Positions 36,041 through 47,960 of a stretch of 51,424 nucleotides of DNA are shown here, in pieces. This DNA is from Macrostomum lignano. Taxonomy: Eukaryota. The stretch lies in assembly GCA_002269645.1 (NCBI GenBank), contig NIVC01002908.1:1-51424 (forward strand), in the 5' to 3' direction. Below the pieces are notes generated by a model. The model did not search any database and was not told where the DNA came from. It worked only from the letters and a program-made list of their open reading frames with translations. Positions within the stretch are counted from its first letter, which is position 1, and the number at the start of each line of letters is the position of its first letter. The translations under genes were made by a program, and so were the position numbers.

Positions 36041-39000
36041 GTGTCCTTCAGTTCCTCTCAGTGTGCTTCTGTGTCCTTCAGTTCCTCTCAGTGTGCTTCT
36101 GTGTCCTTCAGTTCCTCTCAGTGTGCTTCTGTGTCCTTCAGTTCCTCTCAGTGTGCTTCTGTGTCCTTCAGTTCCTCTCAGTGTGCTTCTGTGTCCTTCA
36201 GTTCCTCTCAGTGTGCTTCTGTGTCCTTCAGTTCCTCTCAGTGTGCTTCTGTGTCCTTCAGTTCCTCAGTGTGCTTCTGTGTCCTTCAGTTCCTTAGTGT
36301 GCTTCTGTGTCCTTCAGTTCCTCTCAGTGTGCTTCTGTGTCCTTCAGTTCCTTAGTGTGCTTCTGTGTCCTTCAGTTCCTCAGTGTGCTTCTGTGTCCTT
36401 CAGTTCCTTAGTGTGCTTCTGTGTCCTTCAGTTCCTCTCAGTGTGCTTCTGTGTCCTTCAGTTCCTCTCAGTGTGCTTCTGTGTCCTTCAGTTCCTCTCA
36501 GTGTGCTTCTGTGTCCTTCAGTTCCTTAGTGTGCTTCTGTGTCCTTCAGTTCCTCTCAGTGTGCTTCTGTGTCCTTCAGTTCCTCTCAGTGTGCTTCTGT
36601 GTCCTTCAGTTCCTCTCAGTGTGCTTCTGTGTCCTTCAGTTCCTCTCAGTGTGCTTCTGTGTCCTTCAGTTCCTCTCAGTGTGCTTCTGTGTCCTTCAGT
36701 TCCTCTCAGTGTGCTTCTGTGTCCTTCAGTTCCTCTCAGTGTGCTTCTGTGTCCTTCAGTTCCTCTCAGTGTGCTTCTGTGTCCTTCAGTTCCTCTCAGT
36801 GTGCTTCTGTGTCCTTCAGTTCCTCTCAGTGTGCTTCTGTGTCCTTCAGTTCCTCTCAGTGTGCTTCTGTGTCCTTCAGTTCCTCTCAGTGTGCTTCTGT
36901 GTCCTTCAGTTCCTCTCAGTGTGCTTCTGTGTCCTTCAGTTCCTCTCAGTGTGCTTCTGTGTCCTTCAGTTCCTTAGTGTGCTTCTGTGTCCTTCAGTTC
37001 CTCTCAGTGTGCTTCTGTGTCCTTCAGTTCCTTAGTGTGCTTCTGTGTCCTTCAGTTCCTCAGTGTGCTTCTGTGTCCTTCAGTTCCTCTCAGTGTGCTT
37101 CTGTGTCCTTCAGTTCCTCTCAGTGTGCTTCTGTGTCCTTCAGTTCCTCTCAGTGTGCTTCTGTGTCCTTCAGTTCCTCTCAGTGTGCTTCTGTGTCCTT
37201 CAGTTCCTCTCAGTGTGCTTCTGTGTCCTTCAGTTCCTCTCAGTGTGCTTCTGTGTCCTTCAGTTCCTCTCAGTGTGCTTCTGTGTCCTTCAGTTCCTCT
37301 CAGTGTGCTTCTGTGTCCTTCAGTTCCTCTCAGTGTGCTTCTGTGTCCTTCAGTTCCTCTCAGTGTGCTTCTGTGTCCTTCAGTTCCTCAGTGTGCTTCT
37401 GTGTCCTTCAGTTCCTCTCAGTGTGCTTCTGTGTCCTTCAGTTCCTCTCAGTGTGCTTCTGTGTCCTTCAGTTCCTCTCAGTGTGCTTCTGTGTCCTTCA
37501 GTTCCTCTCAGTGTGCTTCTGTGTCCTTCAGTTCCTTCAGTGTGCTTCTGTGTCCTTCAGTTCCTCTCAGTGTGCTTCTGTGTCCTTCAGTTCCTCTCAG
37601 TGTGCTTCTGTGTCCTTCAGTTCCTCAGTGTGCTTCTGTGTCCTTCAGTTCCTCTCAGTGTGCTTCTGTGTCCTTCAGTTCCTCAGTGTGCTTCTGTGTC
37701 CTTCAGTTCCTTAGTGTGCTTCTGTGTCCTTCAGTTCCTCTCAGTGTGCTTCTGTGTCCTTCAGTTCCTCTCAGTGTGCTTCTGTGTCCTTCAGTTCCTC
37801 TCAGTGTGCTTCTGTGTCCTTCAGTTCCTCTCAGTGTGCTTCTGTGTCCTTCAGTTCCTCTCAGTGTGCTTCTGTGTCCTTCAGTTCCTCTCAGTGTGCT
37901 TCTGTGTCCTTCAGTTCCTCTCAGTGTGCTTCTGTGTCCTTCAGTTCCTCAGTGTGCTTCTGTGTCCTTCAGTTCCTTAGTGTGCTTCTGTGTCCTTCAG
38001 TTCCTCTCAGTGTGCTTCTGTGTCCTTCAGTTCCTTCAGTGTGCTTCTGTGTCCTTCAGTTCCTCAGTGTGCTTCTGTGTCCTTCAGTTCCTTAGTGTGC
38101 TTCTGTGTCCTTCAGTTCCTCTCAGTGTGCTTCTGTGTCCTTCAGTTCCTCTCAGTGTGCTTCTGTGTCCTTCAGTTCCTCTCAGTGTGCTTCTGTGTCC
38201 TTCAGTTCCTCTCAGTGTGCTTCTGTGTCCTTCAGTTCCTCTCAGTGTGCTTCTGTGTCCTTCAGTTCCTCTCAGTGTGCTTCTGTGTCCTTCAGTTCCT
38301 CAGTGTGCTTCTGTGTCCTTCAGTTCCTCTCAGTGTGCTTCTGTGTCCTTCAGTTCCTCAGTGTGCTTCTGTGTCCTTCAGTTCCTCTCAGTGTGCTTCT
38401 GTGTCCTTCAGTTCCTCTCAGTGTGCTTCTGTGTCCTTCAGTTCCTCTCAGTGTGCTTCTGTGTCCTTCAGTTCCTCTCAGTGTGCTTCTGTGTCCTTCA
38501 GTTCCTCTCAGTGTGCTTCTGTGTCCTTCAGTTCCTCTCAGTGTGCTTCTGTGTCCTTCAGTTCCTCTCAGTGTGCTTCTGTGTCCTTCAGTTCCTCTCA
38601 GTGTGCTTCTGTGTCCTTCAGTTCCTCAGTGTGCTTCTGTGTCCTTCAGTTCCTCTCAGTGTGCTTCTGTGTCCTTCAGTTCCTCTCAGTGTGCTTCTGT
38701 GTCCTTCAGTTCCTCTCAGTGTGCTTCTGTGTCCTTCAGTTCCTCAGTGTGCTTCTGTGTCCTTCAGTTCCTTAGTGTGCTTCTGTGTCCTTCAGTTCCT
38801 CTCAGTGTGCTTCTGTGTCCTTCAGTTCCTCTCAGTGTGCTTCTGTGTCCTTCAGTTCCTCTCAGTGTGCTTCTGTGTCCTTCAGTTCCTCTCAGTGTGC
38901 TTCTGTGTCCTTCAGTTCCTCTCAGTGTGCTTCTGTGTCCTTCAGTTCCTCTCAGTGTGCTTCTGTGTCCTTCAGTTCCTCTCAGTGTGCTTCTGTGTCC

Positions 39001-42000
39001 TTCAGTTCCTCTCAGTGTGCTTCTGTGTCCTTCAGTTCCTCTCAGTGTGCTTCTGTGTCCTTCAGTTCCTCTCAGTGTGCTTCTGTGTCCTTCAGTTCCT
39101 CTCAGTGTGCTTCTGTGTCCTTCAGTTCCTCTCAGTGTGCTTCTGTGTCCTTCAGTTCCTCTCAGTGTGCTTCTGTGTCCTTCAGTTCCTCTCAGTGTGC
39201 TTCTGTGTCCTTCAGTTCCTCTCAGTGTGCTTCTGTGTCCTTCAGTTCCTCTCAGTGTGCTTCTGTGTCCTTCAGTTCCTCTCAGTGTGCTTCTGTGTCC
39301 TTCAGTTCCTCTCAGTGTGCTTCTGTGTCCTTCAGTTCCTCTCAGTGTGCTTCTGTGTCCTTCAGTTCCTCTCAGTGTGCTTCTGTGTCCTTCAGTTCCT
39401 CTCAGTGTGCTTCTGTGTCCTTCAGTTCCTCAGTGTGCTTCTGTGTCCTTCAGTTCCTCTCAGTGTGCTTCTGTGTCCTTCAGTTCCTCTCAGTGTGCTT
39501 CTGTGTCCTTCAGTTCCTCTCAGTGTGCTTCTGTGTCCTTCAGTTCCTCTCAGTGTGCTTCTGTGTCCTTCAGTTCCTCTCAGTGTGCTTCTGTGTCCTT
39601 CAGTTCCTCTCAGTGTGCTTCTGTGTCCTTCAGTTCCTCTCAGTGTGCTTCTGTGTCCTTCAGTTCCTCAGTGTGCTTCTGTGTCCTTCAGTTCCTCTCA
39701 GTGTGCTTCTGTGTCCTTCAGTTCCTCTCAGTGTGCTTCTGTGTCCTTCAGTTCCTCTCAGTGTGCTTCTGTGTCCTTCAGTTCCTCTCAGTGTGCTTCT
39801 GTGTCCTTCAGTTCCTCTCAGTGTGCTTCTGTGTCCTTCAGTTCCTCTCAGTGTGCTTCTGTGTCCTTCAGTTCCTCTCAGTGTGCTTCTGTGTCCTTCA
39901 GTTCCTCTCAGTGTGCTTCTGTGTCCTTCAGTTCCTCTCAGTGTGCTTCTGTGTCCTTCAGTTCCTCTCAGTGTGCTTCTGTGTCCTTCAGTTCCTCTCA
40001 GTGTGCTTCTGTGTCCTTCAGTTCCTCTCAGTGTGCTTCTGTGTCCTTCAGTTCCTCTCAGTGTGCTTCTGTGTCCTTCAGTTCCTCTCAGTGTGCTTCT
40101 GTGTCCTTCAGTTCCTCTCAGTGTGCTTCTGTGTCCTTCAGTTCCTCTCAGTGTGCTTCTGTGTCCTTCAGTTCCTCTCAGTGTGCTTCTGTGTCCTTCA
40201 GTTCCTCTCAGTGTGCTTCTGTGTCCTTCAGTTCCTCTCAGTGTGCTTCTGTGTCCTTCAGTTCCTCTCAGTGTGCTTCTGTGTCCTTCAGTTCCTCTCA
40301 GTGTGCTTCTGTGTCCTTCAGTTCCTCTCAGTGTGCTTCTGTGTCCTTCAGTTCCTCTCAGTGTGCTTCTGTGTCCTTCAGTTCCTCTCAGTGTGCTTCT
40401 GTGTCCTTCAGTTCCTCTCAGTGTGCTTCTGTGTCCTTCAGTTCCTCTCAGTGTGCTTCTGTGTCCTTCAGTTCCTCTCAGTGTGCTTCTGTGTCCTTCA
40501 GTTCCTCTCAGTGTGCTTCTGTGTCCTTCAGTTCCTCTCAGTGTGCTTCTGTGTCCTTCAGTTCCTCTCAGTGTGCTTCTGTGTCCTTCAGTTCCTCTCA
40601 GTGTGCTTCTGTGTCCTTCAGTTCCTCTCAGTGTGCTTCTGTGTCCTTCAGTTCCTCTCAGTGTGCTTCTGTGTCCTTCAGTTCCTCTCAGTGTGCTTCT
40701 GTGTCCTTCAGTTCCTCTCAGTGTGCTTCTGTGTCCTTCAGTTCCTCTCAGTGTGCTTCTGTGTCCTTCAGTTCCTCTCAGTGTGCTTCTGTGTCCTTCA
40801 GTTCCTCTCAGTGTGCTTCTGTGTCCTTCAGTTCCTCTCAGTGTGCTTCTGTGTCCTTCAGTTCCTCTCAGTGTGCTTCTGTGTCCTTCAGTTCCTCTCA
40901 GTGTGCTTCTGTGTCCTTCAGTTCCTCTCAGTGTGCTTCTGTGTCCTTCAGTTCCTCTCAGTGTGCTTCTGTGTCCTTCAGTTCCTCTCAGTGTGCTTCT
41001 GTGTCCTTCAGTTCCTCTCAGTGTGCTTCTGTGTCCTTCAGTTCCTCAGTGTGCTTCTGTGTCCTTCAGTTCCTCTCAGTGTGCTTCTGTGTCCTTCAGT
41101 TCCTCTCAGTGTGCTTCTGTGTCCTTCAGTTCCTCAGTGTGCTTCTGTGTCCTTCAGTTCCTTAGTGTGCTTCTGTGTCCTTCAGTTCCTCTCAGTGTGC
41201 TTCTGTGTCCTTCAGTTCCTCTCAGTGTGCTTCTGTGTCCTTCAGTTCCTCTCAGTGTGCTTCTGTGTCCTTCAGTTCCTCTCAGTGTGCTTCTGTGTCC
41301 TTCAGTTCCTCTCAGTGTGCTTCTGTGTCCTTCAGTTCCTCTCAGTGTGCTTCTGTGTCCTTCAGTTCCTCTCAGTGTGCTTCTGTGTCCTTCAGTTCCT
41401 CTCAGTGTGCTTCTGTGTCCTTCAGTTCCTCTCAGTGTGCTTCTGTGTCCTTCAGTTCCTCTCAGTGTGCTTCTGTGTCCTTCAGTTCCTCTCAGTGTGC
41501 TTCTGTGTCCTTCAGTTCCTCTCAGTGTGCTTCTGTGTCCTTCAGTTCCTCTCAGTGTGCTTCTGTGTCCTTCAGTTCCTCTCAGTGTGCTTCTGTGTCC
41601 TTCAGTTCCTCTCAGTGTGCTTCTGTGTCCTTCAGTTCCTCTCAGTGTGCTTCTGTGTCCTTCAGTTCCTCTCAGTGTGCTTCTGTGTCCTTCAGTTCCT
41701 CTCAGTGTGCTTCTGTGTCCTTCAGTTCCTCTCAGTGTGCTTCTGTGTCCTTCAGTTCCTCTCAGTGTGCTTCTGTGTCCTTCAGTTCCTCTCAGTGTGC
41801 TTCTGTGTCCTTCAGTTCCTCTCAGTGTGCTTCTGTGTCCTTCAGTTCCTCTCAGTGTGCTTCTGTGTCCTTCAGTTCCTCTCAGTGTGCTTCTGTGTCC
41901 TTCAGTTCCTCTCAGTGTGCTTCTGTGTCCTTCAGTTCCTCTCAGTGTGCTTCTGTGTCCTTCAGTTCCTCTCAGTGTGCTTCTGTGTCCTTCAGTTCCT

Positions 42001-45000
42001 CTCAGTGTGCTTCTGTGTCCTTCAGTTCCTCTCAGTGTGCTTCTGTGTCCTTCAGTTCCTCTCAGTGTGCTTCTGTGTCCTTCAGTTCCTCTCAGTGTGC
42101 TTCTGTGTCCTTCAGTTCCTCTCAGTGTGCTTCTGTGTCCTTCAGTTCCTCTCAGTGTGCTTCTGTGTCCTTCAGTTCCTCTCAGTGTGCTTCTGTGTCC
42201 TTCAGTTCCTCTCAGTGTGCTTCTGTGTCCTTCAGTTCCTCTCAGTGTGCTTCTGTGTCCTTCAGTTCCTCTCAGTGTGCTTCTGTGTCCTTCAGTTCCT
42301 CTCAGTGTGCTTCTGTGTCCTTCAGTTCCTCTCAGTGTGCTTCTGTGTCCTTCAGTTCCTCTCAGTGTGCTTCTGTGTCCTTCAGTTCCTCTCAGTGTGC
42401 TTCTGTGTCCTTCAGTTCCTCTCAGTGTGCTTCTGTGTCCTTCAGTTCCTCTCAGTGTGCTTCTGTGTCCTTCAGTTCCTCTCAGTGTGCTTCTGTGTCC
42501 TTCAGTTCCTCTCAGTGTGCTTCTGTGTCCTTCAGTTCCTCTAGTGTGCTTCTGTGTCCTTCAGTTCCTCTCAGTGTGCTTCTGTGTCCTTCAGTTCCTC
42601 TCAGTGTGCTTCTGTGTCCTTCAGTTCCTCTCAGTGTGCTTCTGTGTCCTTCAGTTCCTCTCAGTGTGCTTCTGTGTCCTTCAGTTCCTCTCAGTGTGCT
42701 TCTGTGTCCTTCAGTTCCTCTCAGTGTGCTTCTGTGTCCTTCAGTTCCTCTCAGTGTGCTTCTGTGTCCTTCAGTTCCTCTCAGTGTGCTTCTGTGTCCT
42801 TCAGTTCCTTCAGTGTGCTTCTGTGTCCTTCAGTTCCTCTCAGTGTGCTTCTGTGTCCTTCAGTTCCTCTCAGTGTGCTTCTGTGTCCTTCAGTTCCTCT
42901 CAGTGTGCTTCTGTGTCCTTCAGTTCCTCTCAGTGTGCTTCTGTGTCCTTCAGTTCCTCTCAGTGTGCTTCTGTGTCCTTCAGTTCCTCTCAGTGTGCTT
43001 CTGTGTCCTTCAGTTCCTCTCAGTGTGCTTCTGTGTCCTTCAGTTCCTCTCAGTGTGCTTCTGTGTCCTTCAGTTCCTCTCAGTGTGCTTCTGTGTCCTT
43101 CAGTTCCTCTCAGTGTGCTTCTGTGTCCTTCAGTTCCTCTCAGTGTGCTTCTGTGTCCTTCAGTTCCTCTCAGTGTGCTTCTGTGTCCTTCAGTTCCTCT
43201 CAGTGTGCTTCTGTGTCCTTCAGTTCCTCTCAGTGTGCTTCTGTGTCCTTCAGTTCCTCTCAGTGTGCTTCTGTGTCCTTCAGTTCCTCTCAGTGTGCTT
43301 CTGTGTCCTTCAGTTCCTCTCAGTGTGCTTCTGTGTCCTTCAGTTCCTCTCAGTGTGCTTCTGTGTCCTTCAGTTCCTCTCAGTGTGCTTCTGTGTCCTT
43401 CAGTTCCTCTCAGTGTGCTTCTGTGTCCTTCAGTTCCTCTCAGTGTGCTTCTGTGTCCTTCAGTTCCTCTCAGTGTGCTTCTGTGTCCTTCAGTTCCTCT
43501 CAGTGTGCTTCTGTGTCCTTCAGTTCCTCTCAGTGTGCTTCTGTGTCCTTCAGTTCCTCTCAGTGTGCTTCTGTGTCCTTCAGTTCCTCTCAGTGTGCTT
43601 CTGTGTCCTTCAGTTCCTCTAGTGTGCTTCTGTGTCCTTCAGTTCCTCTCAGTGTGCTTCTGTGTCCTTCAGTTCCTCTCAGTGTGCTTCTGTGTCCTTC
43701 AGTTCCTCAGTGTGCTTCTGTGTCCTTCAGTTCCTCTCAGTGTGCTTCTGTGTCCTTCAGTTCCTCAGTGTGCTTCTGTGTCCTTCAGTTCCTTAGTGTG
43801 CTTCTGTGTCCTTCAGTTCCTCTCAGTGTGCTTCTGTGTCCTTCAGTTCCTCTCAGTGTGCTTCTGTGTCCTTCAGTTCCTCTCAGTGTGCTTCTGTGTC
43901 CTTCAGTTCCTCTCAGTGTGCTTCTGTGTCCTTCAGTTCCTCTCAGTGTGCTTCTGTGTCCTTCAGTTCCTCTCAGTGTGCTTCTGTGTCCTTCAGTTCC
44001 TCTCAGTGTGCTTCTGTGTCCTTCAGTTCCTCTCAGTGTGCTTCTGTGTCCTTCAGTTCCTTAGTGTGCTTCTGTGTCCTTCAGTTCCTCTCAGTGTGCT
44101 TCTGTGTCCTTCAGTTCCTTAGTGTGCTTCTGTGTCCTTCAGTTCCTCAGTGTGCTTCTGTGTCCTTCAGTTCCTTAGTGTGCTTCTGTGTCCTTCAGTT
44201 CCTCTCAGTGTGCTTCTGTGTCCTTCAGTTCCTCTCAGTGTGCTTCTGTGTCCTTCAGTTCCTCTCAGTGTGCTTCTGTGTCCTTCAGTTCCTCTCAGTG
44301 TGCTTCTGTGTCCTTCAGTTCCTCTCAGTGTGCTTCTGTGTCCTTCAGTTCCTCTCAGTGTGCTTCTGTGTCCTTCAGTTCCTCTCAGTGTGCTTCTGTG
44401 TCCTTCAGTTCCTCTCAGTGTGCTTCTGTGTCCTTCAGTTCCTCTCAGTGTGCTTCTGTGTCCTTCAGTTCCTCTCAGTGTGCTTCTGTGTCCTTCAGTT
44501 CCTCTCAGTGTGCTTCTGTGTCCTTCAGTTCCTCTCAGTGTGCTTCTGTGTCCTTCAGTTCCTCTCAGTGTGCTTCTGTGTCCTTCAGTTCCTCTCAGTG
44601 TGCTTCTGTGTCCTTCAGTTCCTCTCAGTGTGCTTCTGTGTCCTTCAGTTCCTCTCAGTGTGCTTCTGTGTCCTTCAGTTCCTCTCAGTGTGCTTCTGTG
44701 TCCTTCAGTTCCTCTCAGTGTGCTTCTGTGTCCTTCAGTTCCTCTCAGTGTGCTTCTGTGTCCTTCAGTTCCTCTCAGTGTGCTTCTGTGTCCTTCAGTT
44801 CCTCTCAGTGTGCTTCTGTGTCCTTCAGTTCCTCTCAGTGTGCTTCTGTGTCCTTCAGTTCCTCTCAGTGTGCTTCTGTGTCCTTCAGTTCCTCTCAGTG
44901 TGCTTCTGTGTCCTTCAGTTCCTCTCAGTGTGCTTCTGTGTCCTTCAGTTCCTCTCAGTGTGCTTCTGTGTCCTTCAGTTCCTCTCAGTGTGCTTCTGTG

Positions 45001-46109
45001 TCCTTCAGTTCCTCTCAGTGTGCTTCTGTGTCCTTCAGTTCCTCTCAGTGTGCTTCTGTGTCCTTCAGTTCCTCTCAGTGTGCTTCTGTGTCCTTCAGTT
45101 CCTCTCAGTGTGCTTCTGTGTCCTTCAGTTCCTTCAGTGTGCTTCTGTGTCCTTCAGTTCCTCTCAGTGTGCTTCTGTGTCCTTCAGTTCCTCTCAGTGT
45201 GCTTCTGTGTCCTTCAGTTCCTCAGTGTGCTTCTGTGTCCTTCAGTTCCTTAGTGTGCTTCTGTGTCCTTCAGTTCCTCTCAGTGTGCTTCTGTGTCCTT
45301 CAGTTCCTCAGTGTGCTTCTGTGTCCTTCAGTTCCTTAGTGTGCTTCTGTGTCCTTCAGTTCCTCTCAGTGTGCTTCTGTGTCCTTCAGTTCCTCTCAGT
45401 GTGCTTCTGTGTCCTTCAGTTCCTCTCAGTGTGCTTCTGTGTCCTTCAGTTCCTCTCAGTGTGCTTCTGTGTCCTTCAGTTCCTCTCAGTGTGCTTCTGT
45501 GTCCTTCAGTTCCTCTCAGTGTGCTTCTGTGTCCTTCAGTTCCTCTCAGTGTGCTTCTGTGTCCTTCAGTTCCTTAGTGTGCTTCTGTGACCTTCAGTTT
45601 CTCTCAGTGTGCTTCTGTGTCCTTCAGTTCCTCTCAGTGTGCTTCTGTGTCCTTCAGTTCCTCAGTGTGCTTCTGTGTCCTTCAGTTCCTTAGTGTGCTT
45701 CTGTGTCCTTCAGTTCCTCTCAGTGTGCTTCTGTGTCCTTCAGTTCCTCTCAGTGTGCTTCTGTGTCCTTCAGTTCCTCTCAGTGTGCTTCTGTGTCCTT
45801 CAGTTCCTCTCAGTGTGCTTCTGTGTCCTTCAGTTCCTCTCAGTGTGCTTCTGTGTCCTTCAGTTCCTCTCAGTGTGCTTCTGTGTCCTTCAGTTCCTCT
45901 CAGTGTGCTTCTGTGTCCTTCAGTTCCTCTCAGTGTGCTTCTGTGTCCTTCAGTTCCTTAGTGTGCTTCTGTGTCCTTCAGTTCCTCTCAGTGTGCTTCT
46001 GTGTCCTTCAGTTCCTCTCAGTGTGCTTCTGTGTCCTTCAGTTCCTTAGTGTGCTTCTGTGTCCTTCAGTTCCTCTCAGTGTGCTTCTGTGTCCTTCAGT
46101 TCCTCAGTG
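36041..46109. repeat. 10-kb satellite of a 30-bp unit (GTGTGCTTCTGTGTCCTTCAGTTCCTCTCA)n, about 335 copies
   Basis: Continuous tandem array; all long ORFs here are artefacts of a stop-free unit. Confidence 0.98.
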
Positions 46110-46657
46110 TTCCAATTCCAAAAAATCGTTCCAAAAGCCAAGAATTTTTAGCAGCAATTATTGTTGTTAACAACTTTTTGTACAACTAAAACTCTGAGCA
46201 AATTGGTCTCTGATAATAACATCTATTTTCACTCGAAAATCTGGTATAAACACATACGAGGCATTGAATACATTCACGAAAGAGTACATACAGTCAAGAA
46301 AAATTAGAGAAAAAACACTGATTAAAACCTAGGTCTGGGTGAGATACGAAACATAGGCGGCAGATCGAATGATATGCGCTTTAAAACAAGTACAAGCTCC
46401 ATCATCCAGCAAGATGTGTTACGTGTGGGTTAATGCACCAATAGAGACCTACCTGTGGTACACTTGTAACCACACTTTGCGGTCAATATTATCGACATAG
46501 CATTCTAGGAGAAACAAAATTTTATAGGACTTCTGAAGAAGTGTTTTTTTCTGAGTGATTTTGAATATTCTGAAAGATGTTTTAGCATGTGCGGACTTTG
46601 AAGACACTGTTTACCGAGTTGCGCACCAGCATACTGACTGACTAAGCTGATCAATCT

Positions 46658-47083
46658 TCAGTCCAGCCGACGCTTCAAAATAGTAGAAATCTCCATCTCG
46701 ATGAAACTCCGAATTGCCGGATCCGTCACCTCCTTGGCTACGCGAGCCATCACGCCAGCTTTCAACTGGGCGGCCAGATCTGGCGGCAGTCTGCTGCTGC
46801 TACTGACACTGCTAGCCGAGGTTCCAGCGGTAACAGCGGCGGCCTGGTGCCCAAGCAAGGCGGCTGCGTACTGAACCCAGACGCAGTCGACGCAGCCGGA
46901 CTCGCAGCAGAGACCGACTGGCGGCGGCGGCGGCGGCGGCGGCGCAGGCGGTTGCTTGTTTGACTGCGGCTGGTCGCCAACGCCTGGGACAGTGGCGTCC
47001 GTTGAAAAAGCGGCCGCGGCTGCGGGAGGGGCGCAGCGCTGGGCTGCGTGGCGAATCACCAACTGGATGCTGGCCCTGAGCAT
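46658..47083 (-). CDS. OXLD1: Oxidoreductase-like domain-containing protein 1 (141 aa, mitochondrial-type presequence)
   Basis: PPPP..CCESGCVDCVWVQYA motif and C-terminal DPAIRSFIEMEI; first ATG at 47083 gives MLRASIQLVIRHAAQR. Confidence 0.9.
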   Translation of the reverse strand: MLRASIQLVIRHAAQRCAPPAAAAAFSTDATVPGVGDQPQSNKQPPAPPPPPPPPVGLCCESGCVDCVWVQYAAALLGHQAAAVTAGTSASSVSSSSRLPPDLAAQLKAGVMARVAKEVTDPAIRSFIEMEISTILKRRLD

Positions 47084-47369
47084 GCAGGAAAACAATTCAG
47101 ATTCTTTAGTTTTAGCATTGCTGATTTAATTGCTACTGTAGCCTTATAAAATAAATAAAATATAGCCTAGCAACTAACGTGTTAGAAGAATTGATGGGAT
47201 CTCAGAAGTCTCTGAACATTATGATTGTCATTTCCTTCGTTTATACGAGTATCAAGACGAAGAAGTTTCTCATTTTACCCTTGGAGACGGTTAAGCTTCT
47301 TGTTGGATGAGCCGCTACCCGAGTCTGCTGTTGCCATGGCTTGCTATGAATTGTCTTCACTTTAAGCAG

Positions 47370-47960
47370 TGTGTGCATCATGCCCGATGGCCCATCAGTG
47401 ATGACAGGAGGCTGACACACTATTGGAACGTTTAACGTTTTTGACACACACTGGTGAAGTATTTCTGAGAGACCAGAGCACATGAAGCAAATTTTGCCAC
47501 AATGAAGACTGATGCGCTAGACCAGAAGGTGCAGTTTTTCCTGCATTTTCTCTCTGAAGTCCTAGAGCCTTTGCAGAAATTTGAACTGCTGCTTGTTCAG
47601 CACCAGCTAAACGATTAGATGACTGACCTGATGTGCCTCTGGCTTCTGCGATTTGTCAAGCCTGACAAAAAGTGTGGAAGTTTGATGTCAAAGATGAAAC
47701 CATCTGGCTGCCTCCACTCCGAATCGCCATGGGCGAGACTGCCAGACAACTCTTTGTTGCCCTATTCGGTACGGCCCAACACATAGCCCCAACAACAATG
47801 TGTCAATGTCTCCATTTAGTCAAGGGATTTTTTAAGAAAGGAATTGAAAATTGGAGCATTTACCACTCCAAAGTTCAGTTCTCAGTGCTTGTAAGCTTCT
47901 GGACCCTAAGAACCAGTCCAATGATCGCTTTGTGCACTGGGTTGTGACTCTGGCCAAGGA
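47370..47960 (+). mobile_element. Decayed hAT-family transposase fragment
   Basis: With stops and frameshifts: HARW...LVKYF...FFLHFLSEVLEPLQKFE...LLRFVKP...IAMGETARQL, resembling the hAT RW...YF...FL...RFVKP...IG segment. Confidence 0.55.

Noticed and set aside
36041-46109. ORFs of up to 1759 aa (SVLLCPSVPL, QCASVSFSSS, VCFCVLQFLS)
   Set aside because: The 30-bp unit has no stop in any + frame and frames swap at 1-2 nt indels; no coding signal
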